A stretch of DNA of 64,000 bases from Betaproteobacteria bacterium (lineage in GTDB: Bacteria > Pseudomonadota > Gammaproteobacteria > Burkholderiales > SG8-41), in contig JBKDUF010000046.1 of NCBI GenBank assembly GCA_046339595.1, forward strand, positions 1,717-65,716. Reading direction: 5' to 3'. The translations under genes and the position numbers were made by a program. The notes under the pieces were generated by a model. That model worked only from the letters and a program-made list of their open reading frames with translations. It searched no databases and was not told the origin of the DNA. Of the stretch, positions 18,397-27,099 are shown piece by piece. Within the stretch, counting starts at the first letter, position 1. Each line of letters starts with the position of its first letter.

Positions 18397-19455
18397 ATGC
18401 CAGATTTTATTCATCAACTGTCCGACACCATCAGCGCCGCCGCCGACGCCAGGCGCCCGCTGGCCATCCGCGGCAGCGGCAGCAAGGCCTTCTATGGCCA
18501 TGCCGTCAATGGCGAGGCGCTGGATGTCACCGGCCACCGCGGCATCATCAGCTACGAGCCCACGGAACTGGTGATCACCGCACGCACCGGCACGCCGCTC
18601 GCGGAAATAGAAGCGGTGATGCGCGGGCAGGGCCAGATGCTCGGCTTCGAACCGCCGCAATTTGATGGCGGCGGCACGCTGGGCGGCTGCATCGCCGCCG
18701 GTCTTTCCGGCCCGCGCCGTGCCGCAGCCGGTTCCGCGCGGGACTTCGTGCTCGGTCTGCGCTTGCTCGACGGCCGCGGCACGGATCTTTCCTTCGGCGG
18801 CCAGGTCATGAAAAACGTCGCGGGCTATGACGTGTCGCGCCTGATCGCCGGTTCGCTGGGCACGCTGGGCGTGATCCTTGAGGTCTCGCTGAAGGTTCTG
18901 CCGCTGCCGCCGGCAGAGCTGACCCTGGTGCAGGAGCATAGCCAGGCCGACGCGCTGCGGCTGATGAACGAATGGGCCGGCAGGCCGCTGCCGATTACCG
19001 CCACCTGCCATGCCGACGGCAAGCTTTATCTGCGCCTTGCCGGCGCGCAGGCTGCGGTCAAGGCCGCAGCCGCGACACTCGGCGGCGAAATGCTGGCTGA
19101 TGCGGAAACCTTCTGGCGCGAGCTGCGCGACCAGCGCCATGGATTTTTTGCCGGTGATACCCCGCTATGGCGCCTGTCGCTGCGTTCAACCACGGCAGAA
19201 CTCGCGCTGCCCGGTGCGCAGCTCGTTGAATGGGGCGGCGCGCTGCGCTGGCTGCGCAGCGATGCCGATGCCATGAGCATCCGCAAGGCCGCGCGCGCCG
19301 GCGAAGGCCACGCCACGCTGTTCCGCGGCGGCAAGCCCGGTACGCCCGTATTCCATCCACTGCCGGCGGCGCTGATGAAACTGCATAAACGGGTCAAGCA
19401 GGCGATGGACCCGGCGGGCATCCTGAACCCGGGCCGGATGTACCCGGAGCTGTAA
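18397..19455 (+). CDS. glcE: glycolate oxidase FAD-binding subunit GlcE
   Basis: ATG 18397 preferred over GTG 18388. Motifs LAIRGSGSKAFYG and VMKNVAGYDVSRL. 352 aa. Confidence 0.88.
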   Translation: MPDFIHQLSDTISAAADARRPLAIRGSGSKAFYGHAVNGEALDVTGHRGIISYEPTELVITARTGTPLAEIEAVMRGQGQMLGFEPPQFDGGGTLGGCIAAGLSGPRRAAAGSARDFVLGLRLLDGRGTDLSFGGQVMKNVAGYDVSRLIAGSLGTLGVILEVSLKVLPLPPAELTLVQEHSQADALRLMNEWAGRPLPITATCHADGKLYLRLAGAQAAVKAAAATLGGEMLADAETFWRELRDQRHGFFAGDTPLWRLSLRSTTAELALPGAQLVEWGGALRWLRSDADAMSIRKAARAGEGHATLFRGGKPGTPVFHPLPAALMKLHKRVKQAMDPAGILNPGRMYPEL

Positions 19456-19460
19456 AAGTT

Positions 19461-19553
19461 AAAAACATCAATTAACAGGATGGACAGGATAAAACCGCTG
19501 CCGCCGCGAACATGATTGTTTTTATCCTGTCCATCCTGTCCATCCTGTAAATT
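19461..19553. repeat. CAGGAT-array palindromic element, copy b (glcE|glcF spacer)
   Basis: Left arm: AAAAACATCAATTAA-CAGGAT-gga-CAGGAT-AAAACC. Right arm: TTTTT-ATCCTG-tcc-ATCCTG-tcc-ATCCTG-TAAATT. Confidence 0.85.
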
Positions 19554-19560
19554 TCTTTTA

Positions 19561-20796
19561 ATGCAAACTACCCTCGCCGACTTCATCAAGGACACGCCAC
19601 AGGGCCGCGAGGCCGAGGCCATCCTGCGCAAGTGCGTGCATTGCGGCTTCTGCACCGCGACCTGCCCGACCTACCAGCTGCTCGGCGACGAGCTGGACGG
19701 GCCGCGCGGCCGCATTTACCTGATGAAGCAGGTGCTCGAAGGCGCGCCGGCCACCGAGAAAACCCGACTCCACCTCGACCGCTGCCTGACCTGCCGCTCC
19801 TGCGAGACCACCTGCCCCTCCGGCGTGCACTACAGCCGGCTGCTCGACATTGGCCGTGCCGTGGTGGCCCAACAGGTGCCGCGCCGCGGCTTCGAGCAAC
19901 TGCAGCGGCAAGCGCTCGCCGCAGTGATTCCGAAACCTGCGATTTTCAATCCGCTGCTCGCAGCCGGACGCATCGCGCGCAACCTGCTGCCCAAGGTGCT
20001 TGACGATGTGGTGCCGGAAGCACCGGCACGCGCGCGGCCGTGGCCGGTGGCCGGTCACGCGCGGCGCATGCTGGTGCTGGAAGGCTGCGTGCAGCCGGCG
20101 CTGTCACCCGCGACCAATGCCGCTGCCGCGCGCGTGCTCGACCGGCTCGGCATTTCACTGATCCGCGCCGCGAATGCCGGCTGCTGCGGCGCGGTGGCCT
20201 TCCACCTCGACCAGCAGGCGCAAGCGCTCGATGCGATGCGGCGCAATGTCGATGCCTGGTGGCCGCACGTCGAACAGGGCGTCGAGGCGGTGGTGTTCAC
20301 TGCTTCCGGCTGCGGCACGATGGTCACCGACTACGGCCACGCGCTGGCGCATGACCCCGCCTATGCCGAGCGCGCAAAGCGGCTGTCGGCGCTGGCAGTG
20401 GATCTGAGCACTGTCGTCGAAAGAGAAAAAAGCCAATTAAAACAATTGCTTATAAATAAAGCCCCAGCGGAAACCCAGGTTTTCCACCCGCCCTGCTCGC
20501 TGCAGCACGGCCTCAAGCTGAAGGGCCGCGTTGAGGCGCTGCTGACTGAACTGGGCTTCAAGCTCGCGCCGGTGGAAAACGCGCACCTGTGCTGCGGCTC
20601 GGCCGGCACTTATTCGATATTGCAGCCGGAAATTTCGGCGCAGCTGAAAGCCAACAAGATCCGGGCACTCACCGCGCAGTCGCCGCAACAGATCCTCACC
20701 GCCAACATCGGCTGCCAGACCCATCTGCAGTCGGCCGTGCAAATGCCGGTGCGGCACTGGATCGAGTTCATCGACGACCTGCTGTCGGCCGTTTAA
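19561..20796 (+). CDS. glcF: glycolate oxidase iron-sulfur subunit GlcF
   Basis: ORF trimmed to ATG 19561 (MQTTLADFIK). Two 4Fe-4S motifs, CVHCGFCTATCP and CLTCRSCETTCP, plus CCG repeats (AGCCGA, HLCCGSAG). Confidence 0.9.
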   Translation: MQTTLADFIKDTPQGREAEAILRKCVHCGFCTATCPTYQLLGDELDGPRGRIYLMKQVLEGAPATEKTRLHLDRCLTCRSCETTCPSGVHYSRLLDIGRAVVAQQVPRRGFEQLQRQALAAVIPKPAIFNPLLAAGRIARNLLPKVLDDVVPEAPARARPWPVAGHARRMLVLEGCVQPALSPATNAAAARVLDRLGISLIRAANAGCCGAVAFHLDQQAQALDAMRRNVDAWWPHVEQGVEAVVFTASGCGTMVTDYGHALAHDPAYAERAKRLSALAVDLSTVVEREKSQLKQLLINKAPAETQVFHPPCSLQHGLKLKGRVEALLTELGFKLAPVENAHLCCGSAGTYSILQPEISAQLKANKIRALTAQSPQQILTANIGCQTHLQSAVQMPVRHWIEFIDDLLSAV

Positions 20797-20841
20797 GCCA
20801 TGTCATTGCGGCGCATGCCGGAATGAGGGCCCAATTTTTCC

Positions 20842-20942
20842 CTTGTACTTTTTGTGACAGAGGCGTACCTTCCGATGCCGTACGCGGAAACGCCCGGTCC
20901 TCCACGATTGAAACACTTGTACTTTTCGTGACAGGGGCGTAC
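20842..20942 (+). repeat. two 27-bp direct repeats (25/27 identical) with 74-bp period upstream of the methyltransferase gene
   Basis: CTTGTACTTTTTGTGACAGAGGCGTAC (20842-20868) and CTTGTACTTTTCGTGACAGGGGCGTAC (20916-20942). Each repeat begins and ends with GTAC. A fifth GTAC lies at 20880-20883. Confidence 0.8.
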
Positions 20943-20976
20943 TCTCCGCGCCATTCGACCCGGGGAGGAGCCTCAA

Positions 20977-22206
20977 ATGGCTGCAGTCGCATCCGTCACC
21001 GCCTACGATCTCGCAGTCACCGCACCCGCAGCACGCCGCACACGCGCCGCACCGCCTCGACGCATCGACGGCGTGCCGGTCTACGAACAGGAGTTCTGGA
21101 CCAGCAAGCAGCGCCAGGCCAACCCGCTGCATGAGGTCTCGTATCGCGGCTGCTTCAAGCCGCAGTTGCCGGCCTACTTCATCGACCGCCTGAGCAAGCC
21201 CGGCGATCTCATCCATGACCCGTTCAGCGGCCGCGGCACCACCGCGGTGGAAGCGGCGCTGATGGGACGAAACGTCGCCGCCAACGACATCAACCCGCTG
21301 TCGCAAATCCTGACCCTGCCGCGGCTGGAAGTGCCGCTGATCGCCAGCATCGACGTGCGGTTGCGCGCGATCAAGGTGTCGGCGAAGCTGAAAAACGACA
21401 TCGACCTGTCGATGTTCTACCACCCGGACACCGAACGCGAGCTGCTCAACCTGCGTGCCTGGCTGCACCAGCGGCGCGACAGCGGCGCCGAGGATGCCGC
21501 CGACCGCTGGATCCGCATGGTCGCCACCAACCGGCTGACCGGGCATTCGCCGGGTTTTTTCTCGGCCTACACGCTGCCACCCAACCAGGCGGTGTCGCCG
21601 GAAAGCCAGATCCGCATCAACGAAAAAACCGGCAAGGCCCCGGAATACCGCGATGTGCGCGCGCTGATCCTGAGAAAGTCGATGCAGCTGCAGAGCGACA
21701 TCAACGCCGCGGCACGCTGGCGCCTGCAGCAGGCTGCGCAGCGCGCGCAGTTCATGGAGGGCGCTGCGGGCGCAACCTCCACGCTGGCCGACAACAGCGT
21801 GCAGCTTACCGTGACCTCGCCGCCCTTCCTCAACGTGGTGCAGTACACGAAGGACAACTGGATGCGCTGCTGGTTCAACGGCCTGGATGCCGAGGCCATC
21901 AGCGACGGCATCACCATGGCGACCAGCGTCAACGAATGGTCCGAGGTCATGCTCGGGGTGCTGGAAGAGCTGCACCGGGTCACTCGTCCCAAGGGCTGGG
22001 TCGCCTTCGAGGTCGGTGAGGTGCAGCGCGGCTCCGTCAACCTCGACGAGGCGGTGGTGCCGGTCGCGCGCGAGGCCGGCTTCAGGGTCGAAGCGATCCT
22101 GATCAACACTCAGAAGTTCACCAAGACCTCGAACATCTGGGGCATCGGCAACAACGCGCAGGGCACCAACAGCAACCGCATCGTGATGCTGCAGAAACCG
22201 GCCTGA
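20977..22206 (+). CDS. DNA methyltransferase (N4-cytosine or N6-adenine class), apparently orphan
   Basis: 409 aa. AdoMet motif I-like LIHDPFSGRGTTAVEAALMGR (about residue 80) and catalytic motif IV VTSPPFLNVV (about residue 275). SD GGGGAGGAG before the ATG. No nuclease-like neighbour. Confidence 0.85.
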   Translation: MAAVASVTAYDLAVTAPAARRTRAAPPRRIDGVPVYEQEFWTSKQRQANPLHEVSYRGCFKPQLPAYFIDRLSKPGDLIHDPFSGRGTTAVEAALMGRNVAANDINPLSQILTLPRLEVPLIASIDVRLRAIKVSAKLKNDIDLSMFYHPDTERELLNLRAWLHQRRDSGAEDAADRWIRMVATNRLTGHSPGFFSAYTLPPNQAVSPESQIRINEKTGKAPEYRDVRALILRKSMQLQSDINAAARWRLQQAAQRAQFMEGAAGATSTLADNSVQLTVTSPPFLNVVQYTKDNWMRCWFNGLDAEAISDGITMATSVNEWSEVMLGVLEELHRVTRPKGWVAFEVGEVQRGSVNLDEAVVPVAREAGFRVEAILINTQKFTKTSNIWGIGNNAQGTNSNRIVMLQKPA

Positions 22207-22271
22207 CTGGTTTCTCGCCTGCGGCGGCGCCGGTTACACTGGCGCCACCGTCAACACTGGAGGACTTCGCC

Positions 22272-22667
22272 ATGTTCGATGCCGTCTCCATCCCCTTCGG
22301 CGCGCGCATGCTGTTCAACACCGTGAAGCTCAAGCCCGGCGTCAGCTTCGAGGACGTCGAACTCGCGCTGGGAGAAATGTGCAACGTGGTCAAGAACACC
22401 TACGGCGGCGACAAGGGCGGCTTCATCGCCGGCCAGGTGTTCCGCTTCTCGGGGTTCGTCTCCGAGCAGGGCTCGCTCAGCCCGGGCGGCGGCGCCGGCG
22501 ACCATGTCGCGATCGTCACCTACTGGCGCTCCTTTGAGGAGCACGAACGCTCCCACGCCGACCAGGTGTTCAACGAGAAATTTGCCGCCCTCGCCGCGCT
22601 GTGCTCGGGCAGCGAGGAACTCGGCTACGAGATGCTCTGGCAGGGCGAGTCGAACCCGGGATACTGA
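22272..22667 (+). CDS. hypothetical protein (small alpha/beta, possibly ABM/Dabb-like)
   Basis: 131-aa ORF with SD TGGAGGA and GC3-rich codon usage like its neighbours. ...VAIVTYWRSFEEHERSH... resembles ABM-fold proteins, but the assignment is weak. Confidence 0.5.
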   Translation: MFDAVSIPFGARMLFNTVKLKPGVSFEDVELALGEMCNVVKNTYGGDKGGFIAGQVFRFSGFVSEQGSLSPGGGAGDHVAIVTYWRSFEEHERSHADQVFNEKFAALAALCSGSEELGYEMLWQGESNPGY

Positions 22668-22703
22668 AATACGGACGCAAGACACCGCGCCGCGACCCGC
22701 AGA

Positions 22704-23681
22704 TCACTCGGTGACAATTTTCGCCGCCTTGACGATCTGGTTGTATTTCTCCAGTTCGGACTTGATCAGTTTGCCGAATTCCTCCGGCGTGCCGCCCGCG
22801 GGCTCCAGCCCCTGCTGTGCCAGCGCCTCGGTCATGCCGGGCAGGCCCAGCGTCTTCAGGATGTCCTGATTGAGCTTGCGCACGATCACCGGCGAGGTTT
22901 TTGCCGGCGCCAGCACGCCCTGCCAGTTCGACACATTGAAGCCCTTGACGCCGGACTCGGCGATGGTGGGCACGTCCGGCGCAGCGGCGGCGCGTCTGGC
23001 CGTGGTCACCGCGATCGCGCGCAGCTTGCCCGCCTTCACCTGCGGCAGTACCGGCGGCATGGTGCTGAAAATGAGCTGGACGCGGCCGCTGACCAGGTCA
23101 GCCATTGCCGGGCCGGTGCCCTTGTACGGCACATGCAGCAGGTCGGTGGCAGTGGCGTGCTTGAAGAGCTCACCCGCCATGTGCAGCGATGAACCGGTGC
23201 CGGCCGAGGCATAGGTCAGCTTGCCGGGGCTCGCTTTCGCCATCGAGACCAGGTCCTGCACCGTCTTCACCGGCAGCGAAGGATGCACCGCCAGCATGAA
23301 GGAGGACACTGCCACCAGCGCCGCCGGTGCGAAATCGCGCAGCGGCTGGTACGGCAGGTCCGCCTTCAGCGCCGGGGTCTGCGCGAGATTGCCGACGCTG
23401 CCGAGAAACAGGGTGTAGCCGTCAGGATTGGCCTGCGCGGCGATGGTGGCACCCAGCGCGCCGCCGGCGCCACCGCGGTTGTCCACCACCACCTGCTGCG
23501 CCACCACTTCCGACAGGCGCTGGCCGAGGGTGCGCGCGAGGATGTCGTTGCCGCCACCCGGCGGAAACGGCACCACCAGTCGCAGGGCCTTGTTGGGATA
23601 GCCGGCTGCAGCGCCTTGCGCAATGGCGGCCGGTGCAGCAAGCGCGGCCAGCACGGCGGCGCCAATCAGGGTGGGTTTCAA
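22704..23681 (-). CDS. Bug/TctC-family substrate-binding protein
   Basis: 325 aa. Signal peptide ...AAPAAIAQGAA. Motifs YPNKALRLVVPFPPGGGNDI, HVPYKGTGPAMADLVSG and KAGKLRAIAVT. Confidence 0.9.
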   Translation of the reverse strand: MKPTLIGAAVLAALAAPAAIAQGAAAGYPNKALRLVVPFPPGGGNDILARTLGQRLSEVVAQQVVVDNRGGAGGALGATIAAQANPDGYTLFLGSVGNLAQTPALKADLPYQPLRDFAPAALVAVSSFMLAVHPSLPVKTVQDLVSMAKASPGKLTYASAGTGSSLHMAGELFKHATATDLLHVPYKGTGPAMADLVSGRVQLIFSTMPPVLPQVKAGKLRAIAVTTARRAAAAPDVPTIAESGVKGFNVSNWQGVLAPAKTSPVIVRKLNQDILKTLGLPGMTEALAQQGLEPAGGTPEEFGKLIKSELEKYNQIVKAAKIVTE

Positions 23682-23804
23682 GCGGTTCTCCTCGTCGAAG
23701 CGGCGCTATGGGCGGCGCCGGGGCGGGCATTGTAGGTGCGCCGGCAAAGGGTGGGCAAGCCGGCCAAACACAGCCTGGCAGCGGGCGCGCAGAAACGGCG
23801 GCGG

Positions 23805-24671
23805 TCAGAGCGTGAATGCCATCAGGTCCTCGCCCCAGATCACTTCACCGCCGAATGCGGCACGGATCTCCGCCAGCAGACGCTGCGGCCGGTCACCGCC
23901 GTCGATCCAGGGGCCATGGTGGGTGGTGACCAGGGTCTTGACGCCGGCCTCCCGCGCAAGCGCAGCCGCAAAGCGCGGGCCGGCAAGGCCGCCCGGATGG
24001 TTCGCCTCGAAGGCAAAGGCATTGAGGTAATGCACCAGCAGGTCGGCGCCCCGCGCCAGTTCCAGCAGCGCGGGCGGCGCGCCGCCGGGACGGGCGAGAT
24101 TGACGTCGCTGGTATAGACGAAGGCCTTGCCGCCGGCCTCGACACGGTAGGCAAAACTGTCGAGATAGGGCTGGTAATGCGGCACCTCGCAACGCAGGAT
24201 GCGCCAACCCGCGAACTCGAGCACTCCTTCACCTGAGAGCTCGGTGACCCGGGTGTCAGGCCAGGGCCGTGGTGGCGTGCCGCCCCGCTCGCGGTAGGCA
24301 CCAACGCTGAGCGGATGCTGCGTGCGTGACACCAGGTCACGGCTGAACGCGCCCTGCGGACCGAACACGCGGTCGATGAATTCCTGCGTGCCGGGCGGAC
24401 CGAAGATGCGCAGCGGCGGTGTCGCGTCGCCGCTCGCATCCCAGCGGTGATGGAAGAGCCGGATCAGGTCGGCGCAATGGTCAAAATGCAGGTGACTCAG
24501 GAAGACGTGCGTGACATCCGTCGAGTACCGCCCGGCCTGCATCAGGCGCAGGAAGGCGCCGGGGCCGTGGTCGATCAACACCCTGTCCTCCCCGGTCTCG
24601 ACCAGATAACTGGACGAGGCCCTTTTAAGCGACGGCAGCGGACTGCCGGTGCCGAGCAGCGTGACCTTCAC
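23805..24671 (-). CDS. MBL-fold metallo-hydrolase
   Basis: ORF trimmed to GTG 24671 (VKVTLLGTGSPLP), overlapping the PrpD-like stop in GTGA. HxHxDH motif VFLSHLHFDHCADL. Confidence 0.85.
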   Translation of the reverse strand: MKVTLLGTGSPLPSLKRASSSYLVETGEDRVLIDHGPGAFLRLMQAGRYSTDVTHVFLSHLHFDHCADLIRLFHHRWDASGDATPPLRIFGPPGTQEFIDRVFGPQGAFSRDLVSRTQHPLSVGAYRERGGTPPRPWPDTRVTELSGEGVLEFAGWRILRCEVPHYQPYLDSFAYRVEAGGKAFVYTSDVNLARPGGAPPALLELARGADLLVHYLNAFAFEANHPGGLAGPRFAAALAREAGVKTLVTTHHGPWIDGGDRPQRLLAEIRAAFGGEVIWGEDLMAFTL

Positions 24672-26014
24672 GGCGCAGCCGCGCGCGCGATGGTGCCGGC
24701 ATCGGGCAGGTGCTCCACATCCCAGCACAGGCGAATCACCTCGTCCGCCTGCCGGTCATCAAGAATGCCTTCTGCAAGTCCGCGGAACTTGGCTTCGAGA
24801 TCGGCATCACTCATGGGCCGCTCCAGCGTGCCCAGTGCATGCACAACATGACGCTCAAGAACGCGGCCGTCCCTGGTGCGGATGGAGATGTGCGACTGCA
24901 CGCGGCCGATCGACTCGTCGCGCTCGATGCGCACCCTGCGGCGCAGCGCCACGGTCACCGGATCGAGCACGCTGGCGTCGCTGAACTGCGCCTCGCCGGC
25001 CTTGCCGGTGTGCAGCGCAACGGCAGCGGCATGGAACACGCTGAACTTGCCTTCCAGCCCCGTCTGCGGATTCTCCTTGGCGGTCAGCTCGAACACGATT
25101 GGGCTGACCCTGAGATCCACCGACTCGATCATCTCCGGTTTCAGCCCCTGCTCATTGCGGAGCTGGATGCAGCCATCAATGGTGCCCTGCACCACCAGAC
25201 CGCAGGCATAGGGTTTGTACATGTTCTGCGACAGCTCCCAGCTTCTACCCCAATCCGCTGTGATGATGGAGGGATCGAATTTGGTCGACATCACATGGCC
25301 GAAGCCGCGCTTGGCCTCGATGCCTTGCTCGGAGCTGGTGAAGTTTTTTTCAGCCATCAGTGCAGCGGCCAGACCGCCCTGTGCGGCGCGTCCGGGATGC
25401 AGGCTCTTGCACATCGAGCCAAACATCTCGCGCAGGCCCGAGGACTGCGTCGCAGCAATGCCCAGGGCCCAGGCCATCTGCTGTTCGTTGAGCCCCAGCA
25501 GCTTGCCCGCGGCGGCGGCGGCGCCGAAAACGCCGGCGGTACCAGTGATATGCCAGCCGATCATGTAATGCTCGGGGAACACCGACAGGCCGATGCGGCA
25601 TTCGGCCTCGACACCCAGCACGAAGGCGTGCACCAGATCGGCACCACTGATCTTTTTCCATTCCGCCAGCGCCAGTATTGCCGGATACACCGGCGCACTG
25701 GGATGGATCGCGCGGGCATGGGTGTCATCGAAATCGAAGACATGCGAGGCCACGCCGTTTGCCAGTGCCGCATGCAGGCAGTCGGTGCGTTCGCGGCGAC
25801 CGAGTATCTGCGCCTGCGGCACCCCGGCGAACGGCAGCAGGGCCGCCAGCAGGTTGTCCACGGTCTCGTGGCGGGAGGCGCCGATCGCGCAGCCGCACCA
25901 GTTGAGCAGCGCGCGCGCGGCCTCATGGCGCACATCGGCAGACACCTCCTCCCGACGCGAAGCGACGAGCCGGCGTGCCAGCCAGCGGGTGACATCCGCG
26001 GAGTCGTCAGCCAT
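24668..26014 (-). CDS. MmgE/PrpD-family protein (2-methylcitrate dehydratase-like)
   Basis: 448 aa. ALANGVASHVFDFDDTH and GWHITGTAGVFGAAAAAGKLLGL are typical of the PrpD family. Confidence 0.88.
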   Translation of the reverse strand: MADDSADVTRWLARRLVASRREEVSADVRHEAARALLNWCGCAIGASRHETVDNLLAALLPFAGVPQAQILGRRERTDCLHAALANGVASHVFDFDDTHARAIHPSAPVYPAILALAEWKKISGADLVHAFVLGVEAECRIGLSVFPEHYMIGWHITGTAGVFGAAAAAGKLLGLNEQQMAWALGIAATQSSGLREMFGSMCKSLHPGRAAQGGLAAALMAEKNFTSSEQGIEAKRGFGHVMSTKFDPSIITADWGRSWELSQNMYKPYACGLVVQGTIDGCIQLRNEQGLKPEMIESVDLRVSPIVFELTAKENPQTGLEGKFSVFHAAAVALHTGKAGEAQFSDASVLDPVTVALRRRVRIERDESIGRVQSHISIRTRDGRVLERHVVHALGTLERPMSDADLEAKFRGLAEGILDDRQADEVIRLCWDVEHLPDAGTIARAAAP

Positions 26015-27000
26015 CAGTCAGCCTTGACGCCGGAAGCGGCGAGCACCTTCGCCCACTTCACCGACTCGGAGCGGATGTAGGCGGCGAACTGCTCCGGTGT
26101 ATTGCCGATGGTGGTCGCGCCCTGCGCCGCGAGCTGCTTCTCGACATCCGGGTGACGCACTGCGCGTGCGATGTCGCCATGCAGCCGCGCGATGACCTCG
26201 CGCGGCGTCGCCGCCGGCGCCATCAGGCCGAACCAGGTACCCGCTTCGAAACCCCGAAAACCGGATTCCACCATGGTCGGGATCTCCTTCGCCACGTTCT
26301 GCCGCTGCAGGCTAGTCACCGCCAGCGCGCGCTGGCGGCAGGCCCTGACCTGCTCGATCACCGACAGCATGTTGCCGAAAAACACCTGCACGTTGCCGCC
26401 AAGCAGATCGGTGGTCGCCGGCGCGCTGCCTTTGTACGCCACATGCATCATGTCGATCCTTGCCTGCTGCTTGAAGAACTCAGCAGCAAGGTGCGGCAGT
26501 GTGCCATTGCCAGTGGAAGCATAGTTGATTGCCCCGGGCTTGGCCTTCGCCAGGGCCACCAGGTCCTTCACTGACTTCACGGGCATCGAGGGATGCACCA
26601 CCCGCACGCTGGGCACGCTGGCGACCAGCGACACCGGCGCGAAATCGCGCTCCACTGAATACGGCAGCTTCGCCTGCATATGCGGAATCACGGTGAGGAT
26701 GCCGGCCGTGGCCATGAACAGGCTGTAACCATCGGGCGGGGCTTTCGCTGCAAGTTCAGCGCCGACGATGCCGCCGGCACCGGCACGGTTGTCGACGATG
26801 ACCTGCTGGCCCAGCGCCTCGGCGAACCGCCCCACCACCGCCCGCGTCACAATGTCCACGCCGGCGCCCGGGGGAAACGGCACCACGACGCGCACCGGTT
26901 TCGAGGGATAAGTCTGGCACCAAGCCGGAATTGCGGGGGCGGCGAGCAGTACGCAGGCGATTAGGCGGGAAAGCATGTGCATGTGCATGTGCATGGGCAT
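26014..27000 (-). CDS. Bug/TctC-family substrate-binding protein
   Basis: TYPSKPVRVVVPFPPGAGVDI and HVAYKGSAPATTDLLGG. The start is uncertain: five in-frame ATGs (MPMHMHMHML) lie at 26976-27000. The stop overlaps the PrpD-like start (TGATG). Confidence 0.88.
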   Translation of the reverse strand: MPMHMHMHMLSRLIACVLLAAPAIPAWCQTYPSKPVRVVVPFPPGAGVDIVTRAVVGRFAEALGQQVIVDNRAGAGGIVGAELAAKAPPDGYSLFMATAGILTVIPHMQAKLPYSVERDFAPVSLVASVPSVRVVHPSMPVKSVKDLVALAKAKPGAINYASTGNGTLPHLAAEFFKQQARIDMMHVAYKGSAPATTDLLGGNVQVFFGNMLSVIEQVRACRQRALAVTSLQRQNVAKEIPTMVESGFRGFEAGTWFGLMAPAATPREVIARLHGDIARAVRHPDVEKQLAAQGATTIGNTPEQFAAYIRSESVKWAKVLAASGVKAD

Positions 27001-27099
27001 GGGCGTGGTCCTGGATTGAAATGCCGCGAAAAACACTCGCACAAAAACCACAACAACAGCGAAATGAAGCGCAGTTCCGGACGGCAGACTCGCGGCGGT

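Noticed and set aside
22272-22667. The 131-aa ORF downstream of the methyltransferase as its cognate restriction endonuclease or controller protein.
   Set aside because: It is too small and lacks PD-(D/E)XK, HNH or GIY-YIG-like motifs or a helix-turn-helix. It looks like a small alpha/beta (ABM-like) protein. The methyltransferase is therefore treated as orphan.
20797-22700. The methyltransferase region as a horizontally acquired island or prophage remnant.
   Set aside because: There is no integrase, transposase, tRNA or flanking att-like repeats. Codon usage and G+C look like the neighbours by eye. Only the upstream 180 bp is unusual.
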